Shown here: in pieces, positions 57,813-60,047 of the stretch
How the letters are laid out: each line of letters opens with the position of its first letter
How positions within the stretch are numbered: position 1 is the stretch's first letter
Assembly (NCBI GenBank): GCA_964467175.1
Contig: CAYXNY010000045.1
Coordinates: forward strand, 1 to 60,047
DNA length: 60,047 nt
Direction: 5' to 3'
Source of the DNA: Candidatus Micrarchaeota archaeon
GTDB lineage: Archaea; Micrarchaeota; Micrarchaeia; Anstonellales; J096
Program-made: the position numbers and the translations under genes
The notes under the pieces: generated by a model
What the model was told of the DNA's origin: nothing
The model's input: only the letters and a program-made list of their open reading frames with translations
Databases searched by the model: none

Positions 57813-58774
57813 TGGAATTTTGGGAAGGATGGGAAGCGGTTTGTTTGCTCATTTCCGTTATCAGCGTTATAGGAACAGCCATTCTGATTATGGCTGCAAA
57901 GCTTTTCAGCTTAAAGGAGCTTGAGCAGGGTGCAAAGGCAGAGCTCACCTTTGCCATATCCACCGTGTTTATTGTGCTCTTCCTTGTTCTGGCAGTTAAT
58001 TTTGCAGATTCCCTCGCAACAGAGTTTGCTAAGGAAAGTTCAAAAATAATATTCGGCAGAGAAATGCACGCAAACAATTTCTGGGAGGTGTCCAAGCTGT
58101 ACATGAATAACATCTATGAGTGCTATCTAATTTCTGAAAAGATTCTTGTTTCGATAGATGCAGGTGTATCCACAATAGCCAGGCTCAATTTTTCAGCGCT
58201 AATGTTTGATCCTATCGGAGCTTACACTTTTGGAATGATGCACGAGTTTATTGCGAACATTCTTGGCCTGTTATACTATTTCAAATGGGGGTACAAGCTT
58301 ATGATAAAAACCGTTGATTTCTTTTTTTACATAGGCTTTCCCATACTTTTTCCCACAGGTGTCGCTCTCCGCGCATTCCCGCCAACGCGCGGCACCGGCG
58401 CCTACATCATGGCGTTTTCAATAGGCATATACTTTATTTTTCCTATCGCATACCTTCTTGCAATCGGCGTTATGCAGTCACCCTTTTTCTGCCCAACTTT
58501 CTTCCTTAAGTTTGTTCCACTCCTTCTGGACCCGTGCGAAACAGAAGATATAAATATATTTGGCCTAGCTTTCTCTTGGGTTATGGGTAATTTAGAATTC
58601 ATAAATGTATTTTTTAAAGAGTTCATCCCGGGCCTTTTGAGAGAGGTTTGCCTCAATCTGTGCATCTTTCCCTTTGTTGCCCTAATGATAACCTTTTCCT
58701 TTGTAAATTCCGGCTCAAGCCTTTTCGGCGCAAACATTCCAGAGGTGGGAAGGGGGCTCGTGAAGCTGATATAA
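57809..58774 (+). CDS. Polytopic membrane protein, paralog 6 of 6
   Basis: 321 aa. ATGA overlap with paralog 5. Signature LRAFPPTRGTG at 58367-58399. Tail GANIPEVGRGLVKLI. Confidence 0.75.
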   Translation: MMEFWEGWEAVCLLISVISVIGTAILIMAAKLFSLKELEQGAKAELTFAISTVFIVLFLVLAVNFADSLATEFAKESSKIIFGREMHANNFWEVSKLYMNNIYECYLISEKILVSIDAGVSTIARLNFSALMFDPIGAYTFGMMHEFIANILGLLYYFKWGYKLMIKTVDFFFYIGFPILFPTGVALRAFPPTRGTGAYIMAFSIGIYFIFPIAYLLAIGVMQSPFFCPTFFLKFVPLLLDPCETEDINIFGLAFSWVMGNLEFINVFFKEFIPGLLREVCLNLCIFPFVALMITFSFVNSGSSLFGANIPEVGRGLVKLI

Positions 58775-58829
58775 AAATAATAAGGTTTTTAATTCCTTAT
58801 AAGCACAAAATTAATGTATGGAAAAATCC

Positions 58830-60047
58830 ATGAAGCTTTGCGTTCTACTCCTCCTTCTTTTCACCCAGCTTTCCTACTCTGCCGGTGAAAAATACACGTC
58901 TATAGTTGTTTCTAAGCAGGTGGATGAATCAAACGGCACAATTTTCCTGAACATCACAGTGCTTTACTTCAACACATCGAAGATAGAAATTCCTCAAGGG
59001 CCAGGCCAACCTCCGAAAATAGTGGAGCAGACAAACATAAGCTCTGTTGAGAACGCAACAGTGTACATTTCATTCTACAATACCTCCTACAGCGAGGAAG
59101 GAAAACCTGTACAAACCCTTGTTCCTCTTCCCTGCTCCCCCATTTTAACAAACAAAAGCTATGAAGAGGACGGCAAGGTTGTTTATTTTGGCGAATGCAC
59201 CATAGAAGGAGAGTTGTACTCAAAATACTTCAACAACACGTGCAGAGGGATTCATTTTTACTTTCCTGGAATTTCTCTCCCTACCGAGTCCATCCCACCA
59301 ACAGAAACAACCGTTGATGTTTGCACGGGAAAACCGACTATTTTTGAAGCGTTGAGAGGGATACTCGCGACCGCCATAAATCCAGAAGACCCGTTTTGCA
59401 TCTCCATGTTTATAATATTTGGCCTTCTTCTTGCCACGCTGTTTTTTACAGGAAGGTCTCCGCTTGCCCTTTTGGACATGGTAACGCCCATGCTTCCCAA
59501 GCCGAGGAGGTTTGCTTATACAGCCGGGATGCATACCATTGGACACAAGAAGATGAAGGAAGATGCGGCCAAGGTAATATCCGCACTCGATAAACAAATA
59601 AAGGAAAAAGAAAAGGAAGTTAAAGAAGCCCTAGCTGATCTTCGTTCGCTGTACGATAAAGCAGAACCATGGAAAAAATTGCTCGCGCTTAAGGCTCTTG
59701 AGGAGGGCAATATACCATTGGCTGAAAGGCTTCTCAAAAGCAACAGCCCGTTCAGTATTGCCACTCTTCACTTTGAAAAAGACGATCCATATCTGGTAAA
59801 AGCCCGGGAATACCTTCTTATGAGAAAAATGTTGGATGCTTATGATGAGATGCAAAGGGTTTCGAAGAATAAATATGTTAATAAGGTTCTGAAATGGATG
59901 GGAAAACAGTATCTGCTCATGGAGATACCCGCGGCGCTTCAGGCAACGGCTATGGCATCTAGGTTTGTAAAAAGAGTTGTCAAGGCACCATTTGTTAGGT
60001 ACGGAGAGCTAAAACGCGCAAAAGCTGTTGAAAGGGCAGCGACACCG
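58830..60047 (+). CDS. Signal-peptide, N-glycosylation-sequon-rich surface protein with one TM and helical cytoplasmic domain (3' end beyond window)
   Basis: Not in the supplied ORF track because no stop is reached. I translated it by hand from the ATG at 58830 (MKLCVLLLLLFTQLSYSAGEKYTS...) and the frame stays open to 60047 (405+ codons). Seven N-x-S/T sequons and 5 Cys lie in the first ~170 aa, followed by the TM FCISMFIIFGLLLATLFF and a K/E-rich helical region. Confidence 0.65.
   Translation, partial: MKLCVLLLLLFTQLSYSAGEKYTSIVVSKQVDESNGTIFLNITVLYFNTSKIEIPQGPGQPPKIVEQTNISSVENATVYISFYNTSYSEEGKPVQTLVPLPCSPILTNKSYEEDGKVVYFGECTIEGELYSKYFNNTCRGIHFYFPGISLPTESIPPTETTVDVCTGKPTIFEALRGILATAINPEDPFCISMFIIFGLLLATLFFTGRSPLALLDMVTPMLPKPRRFAYTAGMHTIGHKKMKEDAAKVISALDKQIKEKEKEVKEALADLRSLYDKAEPWKKLLALKALEEGNIPLAERLLKSNSPFSIATLHFEKDDPYLVKAREYLLMRKMLDAYDEMQRVSKNKYVNKVLKWMGKQYLLMEIPAALQATAMASRFVKRVVKAPFVRYGELKRAKAVERAATP

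Overview
Gene-dense archaeal chromosome segment with about 70 CDS. It also carries one 23S rRNA gene with no 16S or 5S beside it, five tRNA genes (four interrupted by introns) and one textbook C/D-box sRNA. The archaeal assignment rests on MCM, archaeal-type SAM synthetase, GatD, Nop5 plus fibrillarin, Taw1/Trm5, Elp3, XPD, a presenilin homolog, a C1:G72 tRNA-Tyr and intron-rich tRNAs. At least ten ATGA stop/start overlaps, the unlinked rRNA and multi-intron tRNAs resemble small-genome (DPANN-like) archaea. That lineage call is inference only.

Most of the window is housekeeping: leuS, trm5, mcm, taw1, elp3, ribK, SAM synthetase, thyX, gatD, argF, xpd, nop5, flpA, AMP phosphorylase and a P-type ATPase.

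Accessory or decayed elements:
- a truncated TnpB relic, with a 64-nt element also present as a distant inverted copy
- an 800-bp unit bounded by 98-nt direct repeats that carries a metalloprotease gene
- a wHTH/nucleotidyltransferase gene pair
- an ArsR-TauE-permease operon in a visibly AT-richer stretch
- G5/C5 hairpin repeats immediately 3' of tRNA genes

The standout is 52.2-60.0 kb. Six translationally coupled, mutually paralogous polytopic membrane proteins share an LRxFPPTRxxG loop and a common C-terminal tail. They are followed by a signal-peptide, sequon-rich, membrane-anchored protein that is absent from the ORF track because it runs off the window. I cannot assign this array to any named family and flag it as the candidate undescribed system. 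All coordinates for RNA ends and intron junctions are hand-derived and approximate. No database search was possible.
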